Of a stretch of DNA of 64,000 nt, positions 23,523-37,302 are shown one piece after another. A program made the translations under genes and the position numbers. The stretch spans positions 27,368 to 91,367 of the forward strand of contig JBHGNT010000099.1 in NCBI GenBank assembly GCA_043228905.1, read 5' to 3'. The notes under the pieces are model-generated. The model was not told the origin of the DNA. It saw only the letters and a program-made list of their open reading frames with translations, and did no database searches. Source of the DNA: Azolla caroliniana. Lineage: Eukaryota; Plantae; Polypodiophyta. Numbering within the stretch: the first letter of the stretch is position 1; every line of letters starts with the position of its first letter.

Positions 23523-25205
23523 ATGCCCAAGAATGACTCACAGAAAATGTTTATTGAGTTGGGAGGTGATGGGACTTCCCTCACTTTAGGCGAAAAGAGT
23601 AGTGGGGAGCCTCGCTTCAAGATCTACCCTCATGTCGAGTGGACATTAATCTATACCCAAGACAAAGGAGATTTGCTCCTTATTTTTGCGAAATTTGAAG
23701 GTGAGGGCAAGTTGCAAGTGGGGAAGACTTTCACCTACAGCCATGTAAAGAATATCGAATTCGAAAACAATGACTCATCGAACCTCTTGTTCGATGTTGA
23801 TAGCTTGGTGGGGATGCGCAGAGTCAGGATAGATGAACAAAATTTCATAAATTAGTCGTGCCACCTGAAAGCTTTGAAAAAGATGTTCAAACCAAAAATA
23901 ATTTGAGTGTTGCTTTGCGCCCTTATATTAAGGGAGAACTGATGTTCGCACAAGCAACCACACCACCAAAGTTTGCCAATAAATCAAAATCGGAGCATAA
24001 GAAGTACAAGAAAAGGCAGCAGCCCGAGGAGGACGAGCCCGAGGTACTCGAGTTCGTGGAAGATGAGGAGGAAGATATTGAGTTCAAAGTTATTCCTCCA
24101 GGGGGCCACATTGCATCGGGAATACTCACCTCAGAGCAAAATCGGATAAGAGAAAACGACAACTATTTCACTTGCCAATCTCCTCTATTCTGAGGCCACC
24201 CATTGATCTTGAAACAACAAGACGGACTCTAGAAATAAGAGAGCCACATTTAGTGCATGTGCAAAACTTAAAAAGAAAAATGAAGATAAATTCACATGCC
24301 ACTGTAGTGTCATTCCTAGTAATGGTAGACCTTGATCAGTGCCCAACTGTTGTTGACTTTAAGTATAGTTCAGCTGACAACTACACATACTACATGATTG
24401 GAGCATCCCACTCTACTGAAGCTCGACATCAACTTGTGAAGGAGTATCCACCTACCCCATTCTTCAAATATGCAAAATGTAAAGTGTACGATGGCCTTAG
24501 ACATGAAGAAGCCAAGTTGCTAGTTTGGGGTCATAACAATGATTATGACTACAAATAAAAGATGTCATGTATCGAGCGCCTCAAGTTCTTCCATCACGAG
24601 TACCTTGATGCATTGCAAAAATTTGGTCCTAGGTTGCATCCTGGATTGCAATGACAATGTCTGCTTGAAGTGGGGATAGCAGTTGACGAAAGCACTAGGT
24701 CTAAAGGCCTAAGGAAATATGACTCGTGGTTTCAACTTGTGTTGAGAACAACGGAGGTGTGGGACCTCCAAGATCAAATTTTTAGTATGTGGGAGCGAAA
24801 AGAAATAAAGGGTCAAAGATCAAAGAAGGCTAAGCTTGACCCACAATTGGAGATGAAGTCTAAGTCACGTAAAAGTGACTTAGTAATTGAAGAACTAGCC
24901 GAGGATATGAAGTTGCTTCCTTGGCGGTCATTGCAAGGAATAAAAGATGACAGATTATTAATATATGTATTATCAAGAGTGGTTGCCAAGGAGTTTAGCC
25001 TTGATGAAATGGTCACAGAGTTTCAAAAGTGAGTATTCTATGTGATGACTTATTTTGATTGTATTGTGGGAATGATTTGCTCTTTATAATAACCTTACTT
25101 TCTTTTAATTTTTAGCCATAAGGTTTATGTGAAGATAGGTACCACTAAGGAACGACCGTGCACTTTGGAATTTGCAACAGACTTTGTACATAGTATCGCA
25201 AGGCT
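23523..25205 (+). pseudogene. Decayed spliced gene with a ParB/Srx-like domain
   Basis: 24172-25029 is one frame with two internal stops. Motifs IREPHLVHVQNLKRKM, YYMIGASHSTEARHQL, KVYDGLRHEEAKLLVWGHNND, KMSCIERLKFF. GTGAGT...TTTTAG intron at about 25030-25116. Confidence 0.6.
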
Positions 25206-25329
25206 TGGTTTGTCAATTACCCTCCCTGGTGTGCTCTTGCTAGAAACTACAACATTCATATTATACGCATACATATTATAAGAGTACATATTATAACATG
25301 AGCTCAAAATTACAAATATAGTATTGATC

Positions 25330-26390
25330 CACCTGGACATGCATATTTCATATGGTAATGAACAATGTTAGTACTAAAAAGCCAAGACATTCATGTCTAT
25401 TTGTTCGGTCATGGAAAGCCTAATTCAAGTGGACACAAAAAGTACAATGCAATAAGCAATGCTAGTACTAATACAAGTTGTACAACTAAACATTTAGGAC
25501 CCTCCCTACCAAATAATCAATACTGAATGAATTGATTATGGAGGAATGCAATGTATTAAGTAATGTTAGTACTTAAACAACATCTTAGGAACTTGAAGGA
25601 TTAGTACTAAGACACCTGGAGATGCATATTTCATCGAGTAATGAACAATGTTAGTACTTAAAAGCCAAGACCTTCATGCCTATTTGTTCGGTTATGCAAT
25701 GCCTAAGTCAAGTGGACTCAAAAACTACAATGCAATTAACCAATGTTAGTACTAATACGAGTTATACAACTACACATTTAAGACCCTCCACACTAAATAA
25801 TCAATACTGAATCAATTGATCACGAAAGAATACAATGGAATAAGTACTGTTAGTACTTAATCAACATCTTAGGATCTTAAAAGAATAGTATTGAACGACC
25901 TTGACATGCATATTTCTGATGGTAATGAACAATGTTAGTACTAAACAACCAAGACCGACATGCCTATTTGTTCGGTTATGAAAAGCCTAAGTCAAGTGGA
26001 CTCAAAAAGTACAATGCAATTAACCAATGTTAGTACTAATACGAGTTATACAACTAAACATTTAAGACCCTCCGTAAGAAATAATCAATACCGAATCAAT
26101 TGATCACGAAGGAATACAACGGAATAAGTACTGTTAGTACTTAATCAACATCTTAGGATCTTAAAGGAATAGTATTGAACCACCTGGACATGCATATTTC
26201 GGATGGTAATGAACAATGTTAGTACTAAACAGCCAAGACCGACATGCCTATTTGTTCGATCATGCAAAGCCTTAGTCAAATGGATAAAAAAAGTACAATG
26301 CAATAAACAATGTTAGTACTAATACAAGTTATACAACTAAACATTTAAGACCTTTAGTACTAAATAATCTGCACTAAATCGACTGATCAT
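25330..26390. repeat. AT-rich tandem repeat, unit about 284 bp, about 3.7 copies
   Basis: Unit starts at 25330, 25613, 25897 and 26181; internal AATGTTAGTACT sub-repeats. Confidence 0.9.
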
Positions 26391-27014
26391 CCTGGATCCA
26401 ACTGTAAGAATAGAACCAAAAGTAAAATTATAAAATCATAGTATAAAAATTGCATAATGCTAAATCACATACCATAGGAGTGTACTTTCAAACCCCAAGC
26501 TAGGTACCATTCGGCTCCAACTATACTTTTACAGTCCAAACATATATTTTCTTGCTCGACATGGTACTTAGCACATAACAAATGATATGTGTGCAAGCAT
26601 GGTGTAATGATAGCATGCATAGACTCAAGCTTGAATCCAAGGCCACAAAATAAACACCTTTAGTAACGAGACACAACATACACTATATTAGCACCAATGA
26701 TATTTTATACCATAGAAGGTCAAAAAGGAGAAATATAAACCATTATTGTGATATAGTAATGTTTCTAATTGTACTTTCCATGCAAGTGGTGTGCTCAACT
26801 ATGTTTGGACATAGAGTATCTCAACCTTTTTCTTTTAGAACCTTCAAAAAACATGTTAGATTCTCTGAATGCAGCTTTAAGGCTGATAATTGCTCATCAA
26901 TTTCATTACGAGAAGACCGCCATGTCTCTAAATCTTTCTTCTGTGCTTCCAGATGAGTACCCATACTTGTGAGCTCCTTCTTCAACTCCTCTTTTAACAC
27001 ATCACTTTCTGAAT

Positions 27015-28762
27015 TTTGGATTGTTGATGCAATCCATTTGTATGTATTTGACATAGATGTGAATTGTTTCTCTGCTGCCATCTCACTAAATGAAACTTCT
27101 TCCAAATCGACCGGCAGTGCTTGCATTCTTGTTTGCATGAAAGCTATACAACGCAACAATAGCTCTTCATGTTTTTCTGTCAATGTGGCTTTTTGTTTTG
27201 CAATTTGTGAGTCAACACAGATGTCCGAGTTGGGATTTCAATATGAGAGGTACACTCAGACTTCATGGTAGTGTTGGTACTTGAGGACCCTCTATAATGT
27301 GATGATCGATGATGAGCAAAATCTTCCCAATCAACTTCAATGTCACCATGGAGTTCACATGCAAATGCACGTGCAAAGACAGATCCTACCTCATTGTTTA
27401 GGATATGTTTCCTATCATAAACTTGTTCATATTGTGACTTTAGTTTAGTGATATAATCCTTCTTCAATTGAGTGAGGGGGAAACCTCTCCGTGTCTCTGT
27501 GATGAGCCCTAGGTTTTCATCATCCACATGTCTAGGTCTTCATAAGTGTGAGGTCGTGCACGAAGGAAATAAACCCATCCCAATTTTGTACCTCGAAGGA
27601 TGTTTGTGTGAACCTTTTTGCCCTAAGTTGCCAAAAACTTCGACCTCCCTTTGGTGGGGGTCATCTTACTTTCTTTGATGGGGGTCCTTTTTCATTCCTT
27701 GCATGGTGTGATGACATTTTCAGTGACCATTTTGTGTTGTTGATGCAAACCATTCGTATGTATTCGACATAGATGTGAATTGTTTCTCTGTTGCCATCTC
27801 ACGAGATGAAACTTCTTCCCAATTGGGCATCAGTGCTTGCATTTTTGTTTGCATGAAAGCTATACAACGCAACAATCGCTCTTCATGTTTTTCTGTCAAT
27901 GTGGCTTTCTGTTTTGCAATTTGTGAGTCAACACAGATGTCCGAGTTGGGATTTCAATATGAGAGGTACAGTCAGACTTCATGGTAGTGTTGGTACTTGA
28001 GGACCCTCTATAATGTGATGATCGATGATGAGCAAAATCTTCCCAATCAACTTCAATGTCACCATGGAGTTCACATGCAAATGCACGTGCAAAGACAGAT
28101 CCTACCTCATTGTTAAGGATATGTTTCCTATCATAAACTTGTTCATATTGTGACTTTAGTTTATTGATATAATCCTTCTTCAATTGAGTGAGGTGGAACC
28201 TCTCCGTGTCTCTGTGATGAGCCCTAGTTTTTCATCATCCACATGTCTAGGTCTTCATAAGTGTGAGGTCGTGCACGAAGGAAATAAACCCATCCCAATT
28301 TTGTACCTTGAAGGATGTTTGTGTGAACCTTTTTGCCCTAAGTTGCCAAAAACTTCGACCTCCCTTTGGTGGGGGTTATCTTACTTTCTTTGATGGGGGT
28401 CCTTTTTCATTCCTTGCATGGTGTGATGACATTTTCGGTGACCATTTTGTGTTGTTGATGCAAACCATTCGTATGTATTCGACATAGATGTGAATTGTTT
28501 CTCTGTTGCCATCTCACGAGATGAAACTTCTTCCCAATCGGGCATCAGTGCTTGCATTTTTGTTTGCATGAAAGCTATACAACGCAACAATCGCTCTTCA
28601 TGTTTTTCTGTCAATGTGGCTTTCTGTTTTGCAATTTGTGAGTAAACACAGATGTCCGAGTTGGGATTTCAATATGAGAGGTACACTCAGACTTCATGGT
28701 AGTGTTGGTACTTGAGGACCCTCTATACTGTGATGATTGATGATGAGCAAAATCTTCCCAAT
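27015..28762. repeat. Tandem repeat, unit about 716 bp, about 2.4 copies before D interrupts
   Basis: ORF offsets 27180/27896 and 27548/28263; ATTTT microhomology at the unit junction. Confidence 0.92.
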
Positions 28763-30827
28763 TGAAAAAACGAAGGTGCGGAAGCATTAGACAACTAGTT
28801 TAGCCGGATAGCAACACAGAGAGAGAGAGAGATTAACAAATAGAAGGTATGTAGGAGAGACATAGAAAGAGCAGAACAACTTAAATCTATTATCAACAAT
28901 CCTGTAAATTCTCTATACATACAACGTGCTCAACAACACTATTTATACAAGTCCTAAGATGACTGACAGAGGTACAATGTCCTTCAATGCTCACATGAGC
29001 ATCTGACACTAACTACGAGACATTAACTACCTAGTAGTCTAGGCTACTACTAGGCTTCTAGTTACTGCTTGATCCGGCTAACCGGCTCCCCAGCTCATCG
29101 ACTTGCCGATCCGACTTAAGCTTATTCAGTCGATCCGGATCCGGTTGAGCTTGCCGCTCATCACTCCCCCTCAAGCTCAAGTTGAGATCGGATCGTAATG
29201 TTAGTCTCCATGGCAACCGGTCCTTCCACCGAGCTCCTTCTGGCGTCACTCCGTCTTGCTCGCGCTCCTCGTCTGGTCCGGTCCCATTTGTTGCGACCCT
29301 TCTGATTTTGCACACCTCGATCTCCTCGGTCGGCTTGTCTGCTCAACAGGCCCAATTCAGCTCCCTCACTGTTGTGACTTTGGCACTTGCTAATTCGCCG
29401 ATTCCTTCGTGTTGACGTCCTCTTGGCCTTGTCGTCCTCTTGGCCTTGAATTGATCCAATTCTTCTTAATCTGTCTGTTGAACCGAATCGGCTATCTCCG
29501 ATTCATTCCAGCTCTTGTTTGAATCGGTCGCTCCCGATTCGTCTTCCAGTTCTAGGCCCTTGACCACATCGGACCATGTTCGGGTCTTGGCCTTCTTCTT
29601 CCGGTCGGCTCTGTCCTTCTTGACTCTGCCGCCGCTGCCATTTGTTCCGACTTGTTCGGATGTGTCAACTTTCTTTGTCAATTTAGCTCCTTTCTTCTTC
29701 TCGTCTCTCCCTTTGTTGGTTCTTCCCTCACCGGTGCAATCGACAAATTCTTTGCCTTTGCCTGTTCCGGTGTCTTTGCCCGTTCTCCCCCTCAAGTGTG
29801 GCACGTAGAGATGTTGAACACCAAGCATTTCGGTGAAGTGCTACAACTTGTCCGATCCGAGCGGTTTGGTGAAGATGTCGGCAACTTGCCGATCCGTATG
29901 AACATACCAAAGTTTGACTTCACCACTCAGGACACGCTCATCCACGAAGTGGTAGTGGTTGTGTGAGCATGGAATACGGGGTTCTTGGCGAGCTGCATAC
30001 TGCTTATGTTGTCGTAGTAGATCAGGATCGGGGTCGACACTTTGATCCGTAGGTCTTGCAACAGTCGCCGAAGCCAAATGGCTTCACAGGTGGCAATGGT
30101 AACACCTCGGTATTCAACCTCAGTGCTCGAAAAGGCCACTGTTGGCTGCTTTTTGCTGCTCCACGCAACAGCAGCGCTACTAAGGGAAAAAATGTAGCCG
30201 GAGGTGGATCGGCGATCCGATGCATTGCCGGCCCCGTCGGCATCGGTGTAGCTGACTAGCTCTTCGATTATACCATGCCGGTACAATAGTCCCCGGTCCT
30301 TCGTGCCGCTCACATATCGCAAAATTCGATGCGCGCACAGAAGGTGCTCCACGGTCGGCTTCTGCATATATTGGTAGTCACGCCGACTGGATAACTGATG
30401 TTGGTTCGGCTGATTGTCAAATATATAAGGCTTCCAACAATTTGTCGGAACCACTTCTCATCACAGGCTAGTCCGGAGTCGGGACGGAGCTTCTGGTTCC
30501 GGTCCAGGGGTGTGGAGATCGGTCGGCATTCCATCATGCCGAACTTGTACAACATAATCAACACATAGTGTCTTTGTGAGAGCAATATGCCATCGGGGGT
30601 TTGAATCACCTCGATCCCAAGGAAATAGTGAAGGTCCCCCAGGTCCTTCATCTCAAATGCTTTCGACAGTTGGGACTTGACTTGGCTGATTTCATCGATT
30701 CCGGGTCCGGTGATGACTAGATCATCAACATACAGCAAGATGCAAACCAGACCATTTGGACCTTGCCGGATGAACAATGAAGAGTCGAACTTGGAGGCAA
30801 CAAACCCCATCTTACGCAACCGGTGCG

Positions 30828-33800
30828 TGTTGGGATTACGGTCCCTCCGGATGGGATGGTCAGATGTCCGGAGCCGGTTGATGAAGACCCCGGCTACGGA
30901 GCCGGTTGATGAAGACCCCGGCTACGGAGCCGGGTGATGAAGACCCCGGCTACGGAGCCGGATGATGAATGTACCCGGAGAGAGATCCGGATGCGGGGAC
31001 ATATTTGTGAATATGTTTGCCAAGGGCCCTCTAGGCTATATTTGTAAATAGCCCGAAAGTCATATGTTGTATAAATATGACTTAGGGCAAACAGTTTTAT
31101 GTTGTTGCTCATTTTATGTTTTCAGCCGAGAGAGCGAAGTGAGAGCAGCCGAGAGAGAGAGAGAGAAAGGAAGAGGTCGACGCCTCTATGTATTACCGCC
31201 GCCTGTGGCGAAGACAGTGAGCTCAAGGTTGTTGCCTTGTAGCTTCACCATTGTACATCTCTGTGTATAGTGATAGTTGGAGTTTGAGGACTCCCGTGGT
31301 TTTTCCCATTTAGGGTTTTCCACGTAAAACACCCTGTGTACTCTTCTCTCTATTGTCTTCGTGCATTTTGTATTTCCTGTTTTCTGTGAGTTGATCCTAT
31401 TCCTCGGTTGTGGCCGAGCACTGTGTGCAACAAAGTGGTATCAGAGCGACGTTAACACAGAAAATGGAAGGCGGCGGTAGTGGGCCTCCGGGCATGATGG
31501 TGTTGAACTCACAGAACTACGCCGACTGGAAGATAAAGATGGAAGACCTTCTCATCGTCCGAGACCTGTACGAACCGATCGACAATGCCGAGATACCCAA
31601 GGGGGTAATAGAGTCGGAGTGGAAGCTCCTGAACCGGAAAGCCGTAGCGACGATCCGGCAATATGTCGATGTAAGTGTTCTGCAACATGTGGCGAACGAT
31701 ACGAACGCCTATGAGATGTGGCAGAAGCTGTCCGGACTGTATGAGAGGAAGAATGCTCTGACCCGGACCTCCCTGATGAGGAAGATAGTGAATCTTAAGT
31801 ACCGGGACGGCGAGAGCATGGTCGAACACGTCAGCACGTTCATGGGATTCGTGAACCAGCTTGCGGCGATCAAGTTCCCGTTGGATGACGCAATGCAAGC
31901 CATCATGCTGATGTGTACCCTTCCGGAGAGCTGGGAGAACTTGGTAGTTACTCTCAGCACCTCCTGTAAGGAAGAGAACTTGTCTTTACTAACGGTAAAG
32001 ACAAGTATTCTAAATGAAGAAGCACGTCGGAGAGATAAAGAACCGGCCTCCGACTCGAAGGCGCTGCTTACCGAATCGGAACGGGGAAGACAACGGAACC
32101 GGAGTCCGCAAAGACGGGAGAAGTCGGGGACACGGTCGCAGTCGAGGGGAAGACCTACATGCTTCTACTGTGGGAAGCCGGGGCACTTCCAGAAGAATTG
32201 TCGGCATTTCCGGAAAGACAACGGAACCGACAGTACCGATTCGAAGAAGTCACCGGAGCGAAACGGTGCATACCGGGGAGCCACGGACCGGAGAGGTCCG
32301 GATCGGCGAGGGCAGGACCGGAAAGGAACGACGGCACTCGCGGCAAGTGAAGAAGAGATAATGCTCATTACCGAAGAGAGGGAGCTGAACCTTGCCGGTG
32401 AAGAGATGACCTGGGTGGTCGATTCCGGAGCGTCGTTCCACCTGACCCCGGAGAAGAAATACTTCTCATCCTACACAGCCGGTGAGCACGGCTGTGTCCA
32501 GATGGGAAATGAAGGTACATGCCGGATTGCCGGCATAGGAGACGTGTGGCTGATGACATCAACCGGATGCAAGATGCTGCTGAAGGATGTTCGACACGTT
32601 CCGGAGGTTCGATTAAACCTGATTTCGGCCGGGAGGCTAGACGATGAAGGCTACACGGGTAGCATCCGGAACGGTGCCATGAAGTTCAGCAAAGGGAGCC
32701 TGATAGTGGCTCGGGCCCGGAAGGTCAACACACTGTACCTTATGAATGCCTGGTTGTGTTCGGAGGAGTTGAACGTGGCAGCCGACACTGCCGGTGAGCT
32801 GTGGCACAAGAGACTGTGCCACATGAGTGAGAAGGGGATGAAGAGGCTTTTAGAAGACAACCTTATTCCAGTGAAGCATGTGCACCTGGAGAAGTGCACC
32901 GATTGCCTGGCCGGTAAACAGAACCGAACCTCCTTCCACTCAAGGCCACCGACGAGACGTAGCGCACCATTGGAGTTGGTGCACACTGACGTGTGTCAAG
33001 TAGAAACGAAGTCACATGGCGGAGCCCAGTACTTCGTGACATTCATTGATGACCACAGCCGGAAGCTATGGACGGCACCGTTGAAGACAAAGGACCAAGT
33101 GTTGTGCGTCTTCAAAGAACTCCACGCGAGAGTGGAAAGGGAATCCGGCAAGAAGCTGAAAGCGATACGAGCGGATAACGGAGGGGAATACCGGGGGCAG
33201 TTCAAGGAGTACTGTCGCTCGAAGGGAATCCGGCTCGAGTTTACTGTGCCGAAGACGCCGGAACTGAACGGGCTGGCCGAGAGGATGAACCGGACCATAA
33301 TGGAGAGGGTCCGGAGTATGCTGGCGCATGCGAAATTACCCAAGGGGTTTTGGGCTGAGGCAATGTCGACGGCGACATATGTGATAAATAGATCACCCTC
33401 AGTACCCCTGGATGGAGATACGCCACAGAGAGTGTGGACCGGTAAGGAAGTGTCCTACCGGCATCTGAAGGTGTTTGGGTGTCTCGCATACGTGCATGTG
33501 GCTAAGGACCGGAGAGGAAAGTTAGATCCAAAGACCCGGCCATGCATATTCCTCGGTTACGGCAACGACGAGTTCGGCTACCGAGTATGGGACCCAGTCG
33601 ACAAGAAGATATTCAGGAGTCGAGATATCATCTTCATGGAGGACAAGACACTCGCCGACTGGGAGTCGGAGAAGAAGATGAAGAGTTCCAAGTCGACCGG
33701 TGAGGATCAACTCTACGAGGAGCAGTCCCGACCGGCAAGGGACCGGTTAGCACTCGAGGATCCGGCCGAAGACGGTGAAGAAACAGAACCGGCCGAAGAC

Positions 33801-36151
33801 GGTGAAGAAACAGAACCGGCCGAGGAAGATGAAACTGATACCGGAACCGGCCCCGATCCCGAAATGGATTCGGATGAAGAAGAAACGGAGGAGCCGGTTA
33901 CCGAAGCTCTGGAACGGAGATATCCTCTAAGAGAGAGAAGGGCCCCCCGGAGATTTCCGGAACCAGAGCACGTGCTGCTAACCGACGAGGGGGAGCCGGA
34001 GAGTTTTGAAGAAGCAAAGCTTGACACCCATAGCCGCAGATGGTTAAGTGCCATGCAGGAGGAGATGGATTCCCTGCATGAGAACCACACATATGAACTT
34101 GTGGAGTTGCCGAAAGGAAAGCGGGCACTTCGAAACAAGTGGGTGTTCAAGCTGAAACCGGGAGATGCCGGAAACCCCCCGAGATACAAAGCCAGGATCG
34201 TGGTGAAGGGGTTCCAGCAGAAGAAGGGTGTCGACTTCGACGAGATATTTGCCCCGGTAGTGAAGATGACCTCCATCCGGACGGTGCTGAGCATAGCGGC
34301 AAGCATGGACCTCGAGGTAGAACAGATGGACGTGAAGACGGCATTCCTTCACGGTGACCTCGAAGAAGAGATCTACATGTAGCAACCGGAAGGATTCGAG
34401 AAGAAAGGGAAGGAGCACCTGGTATGCCGGTTGAAGAAGAGCCTTTACGGATTGAAGCAGGCTCCCCGGCAATGGTACCGGAAGTTCGACTCTTTCATGA
34501 CCGACGAAGGGTACCACAAAACGCAGTCCGATCACTGCGTGTTTGTGAAGAAGTTCGAAGGAGGAGACTTTCTAATACTCCTCCTGTACGTGGACGACAT
34601 GTTGATCGTCGGACGGGACCAGGTCAAGATACGGATGCTGAAGAGAGCGCTTCACCGAACCTTCTCAATGAAGGACTTGTGTCCGGCGAGGCAAATACTA
34701 GGGATGCACATCATCCGGGACCGGAAGAAGAAGCAGTTGTGGCTGTCACAGGAGAAGTACGTGACAAAGGTGCTTCACCGGTTCAACATGTCGGAAGCAA
34801 GACCGGTCGGGTCAACCCTCCCGGCAAACTGCAAGTTGTCCAGCAAGCAAAGCCCCAAGACAAAGGCTGAGAAGGAGGACATGATGAAAGTACCATATGC
34901 CTCTGCCGTCAGAAGCTTGATGTACGCAATGGTGTGTACAAGACCGGACATAGGATATGTAGTCGGAGTGGTGAGCTGGTACATGAGCAATCCCGGCAAA
35001 GAGCACTGGAACGCGGCCAAGTGGATACTCCGATATCTGAAGGGCACGGCAAACGTGTGCCTCCGATTCGGCTCCGGTAAGCCCGAACTCGACGGCTTTA
35101 CCGATTCGGATATGTCGGCTGATGCAGATACCAGCCGGTCCACATCAGGGTATGTGATGACGTATGCAGGGGGAGCTGTTTCGTGGCAGTCGACGCTGCA
35201 GAAGACAGTTGCGTTGTCAACCACGGAGGCGGAGTACATGGCGGCTGTTGAAGCCGGCAAGGAAATAATATGGATGAAGGACTTCATTGGAGAGCTCGGT
35301 ATCCGGCAGGAGGAGTACCGACTCTACTGCGATAGTCAGAGTGCCATCCACCTTGCGAAGAATGCGGCCTATCACTCCCGGACGAAGCACATCCAGCGAA
35401 GATACCACTGGATCCGGGAAAGGATAGAAGACAAGGAGTTCGTGCTGACGAAGATACACACGGACGAGAACGGGTCGGATATGCTGACCAAGGTGCTCAC
35501 ACCCGACAAACTGGAAGCATGCCGGAAGAGGATCGGATTGGAAAGACATCCCATGCCGAAGTGAAGGGGGAGTTTGTTGGGATTACGGTCCCTCCGGATG
35601 GGATGGTCAGATGTCCGGAGCCGGTTGATGAAGACCCCGGCTACGGAGCCGGGTGATGAAGACCCCGGCTACGGAGCCGGATGATGAATGTACCCGGAGA
35701 GAGATCCGGATGCGGGGACATATTTGTGAATATGTTTGCCAAGGGCCCTCTAGGCTATATTTGTAAATAGCCCGAAAGTCATATGTTGTATAAATATGAC
35801 TTAGGGCAAACAGTTTTATGTTGTTGCTCATTTTATGTTTTCAGCCGAGAGAGCGAAGTGAGAGCAGCCGAGAGAGAGAGAGAGAAAGGAAGAGGTCGAC
35901 GCCTCTGTGTATTACCGCCGCCTGTGGCGAAGACAGTGAGCTCAAGGTTGTTGCCTTGTAGCTTCACCATTGTACATCTCTGTGTATAGTGATAGTTGGA
36001 GTTTGAGGACTCCCGTGGTTTTTCCCATTTAGGGTTTTCCACGTAAAACACCCTGTGTACTCTTCTCTCTATTGTCTTCGTGCATTTTGTATTTCCTGTT
36101 TTCTATGAGTTGATCCTATTCCTCGGTTGTGGCCAAGCACTGTGTGCAACA
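30828..36151 (+). mobile_element. Young, full-length Tnt1-like Copia E; LTRs 30828-31432 and 35575-36151; TSD GTGCG
   Basis: GTGCG at 30823-30827 and 36152-36156. PBS at 31436-31447 and PPT GAAGGGGGAG. LTRs differ by about 3 substitutions and one 28-bp repeat unit. Confidence 0.97.
31464..35564 (+). pseudogene. Copia E polyprotein, intact except for one in-frame TAG at 34380-34382
   Basis: CFYCGKPGHFQKNC, VDSGAS, FIDDHSR, EQMDVKTAF, LYVDDML, FTDSD, SDMLTK all in one frame. Confidence 0.95.
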
Positions 36152-37302
36152 GTGCGTGATCTTCGCATTCCAAGCTCGGGGGGCTTGCTTCAGGCCATAA
36201 AGTGACTTCTTCAGTCGGCATACCGCCGACTTGTTCATGTCCGACTGGAAACCGGGGGGTTGGGTCATAAGGACCTCTTTTTCAAGATCGCCTTGAAGAA
36301 ATGCATTCTTCACGTCCATTTGGTGAAGATGCCACTCCCTTGCCGCAGCAACCGCCAGCACCACACAAACCATCGTCATCTTCGCTACCGGAGCGAAGGT
36401 CTCATCGTAGTCGATTCCGTGGGTCTACGCATATCCCTTTGCCACTAACCGGGCCTTGTACCGGTTAACCAAACCGTCGGTATTGTACTTTACCTTGTAC
36501 ACCCACTTACATCCGATCGGTTTACAGTGTCGGGGAGGGTCGACTAGGTCCCATGTGTCGTTGGCATCAAGTGCCTGCATTTCTTCCTCCATAGCGGCAT
36601 GCCAATTTGCGTCCTTTGCCGCTTCTGCGTAGCTCTCCGGCTCACGCACTTCCGCCACCTTAGTCATGTACGCATAGTGATGCGCCATGTACTCATTGTA
36701 CCCGTACCGGTTCACAAGGTTCTTCTGGCGGGAAGACCGGCGTAACTTATCGTTACCCGGTTTGAGGCCCTTCTTGGCCGGTTCGGTCTTCGTTGCTAAA
36801 GATCTGCCTTCTTCTTTTTCGGAGTCGGATCCGCTACGATCCGACTCACCATTGCCGGTCTCATGTTCCAACATCTTCCTCTTCCTCTTCCTCTTTTCCT
36901 TGCGCGTGAACCGTCTCCTCGGTTCCTTGCACGGGGGGAACATGACAAAGTATCTCGAACCCTTCATCTTCTAACGGGTCCGGTTCAGGCTCACTAGCCT
37001 CATCCAAGGGTATCGGGGCGGGGTCGGAAGTCGGAGCCGGTAAGGTATACCATGATGCCGTCTCATCAAACTCAAGATCTCGGCTAACTCGGACCTGCTT
37101 CCTCTGAGGGTTATAACACTTATACCACTTTTGCTCATGCAAGTAACCAACCAAGATGCATTTCTCCGACTTTGCATCCAACTTCCTCCGCTTCTCATCT
37201 GGCACATGCACATATGCAATGCTACCGAATATCCGAAGGTGTCTCAAATTCGGTTTGCGCCCGAAATACAACTCATGTCTTGACACCTTGTCACCGATCC
37301 GG

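Noticed and set aside
25140-25205. KERPCTLEFATDFVHSIAR as the tail of an amino-methyltransferase
   Set aside because: The resemblance to GR..IGIE....Y is too weak and no catalytic or SAM-binding motif is present.
23523-25205. Bacterial contamination as the source of the ParB-like ORF
   Set aside because: It has a spliceosomal-type intron, shows C>T-type decay and is embedded among plant retrotransposons.
34380-34388. TAG CAA CCG in Copia E as a programmed readthrough signal
   Set aside because: It does not fully match UAG-CAR-YYA and falls inside the conserved RT motif IYM(E/Q)QPEGF; a point mutation is simpler.
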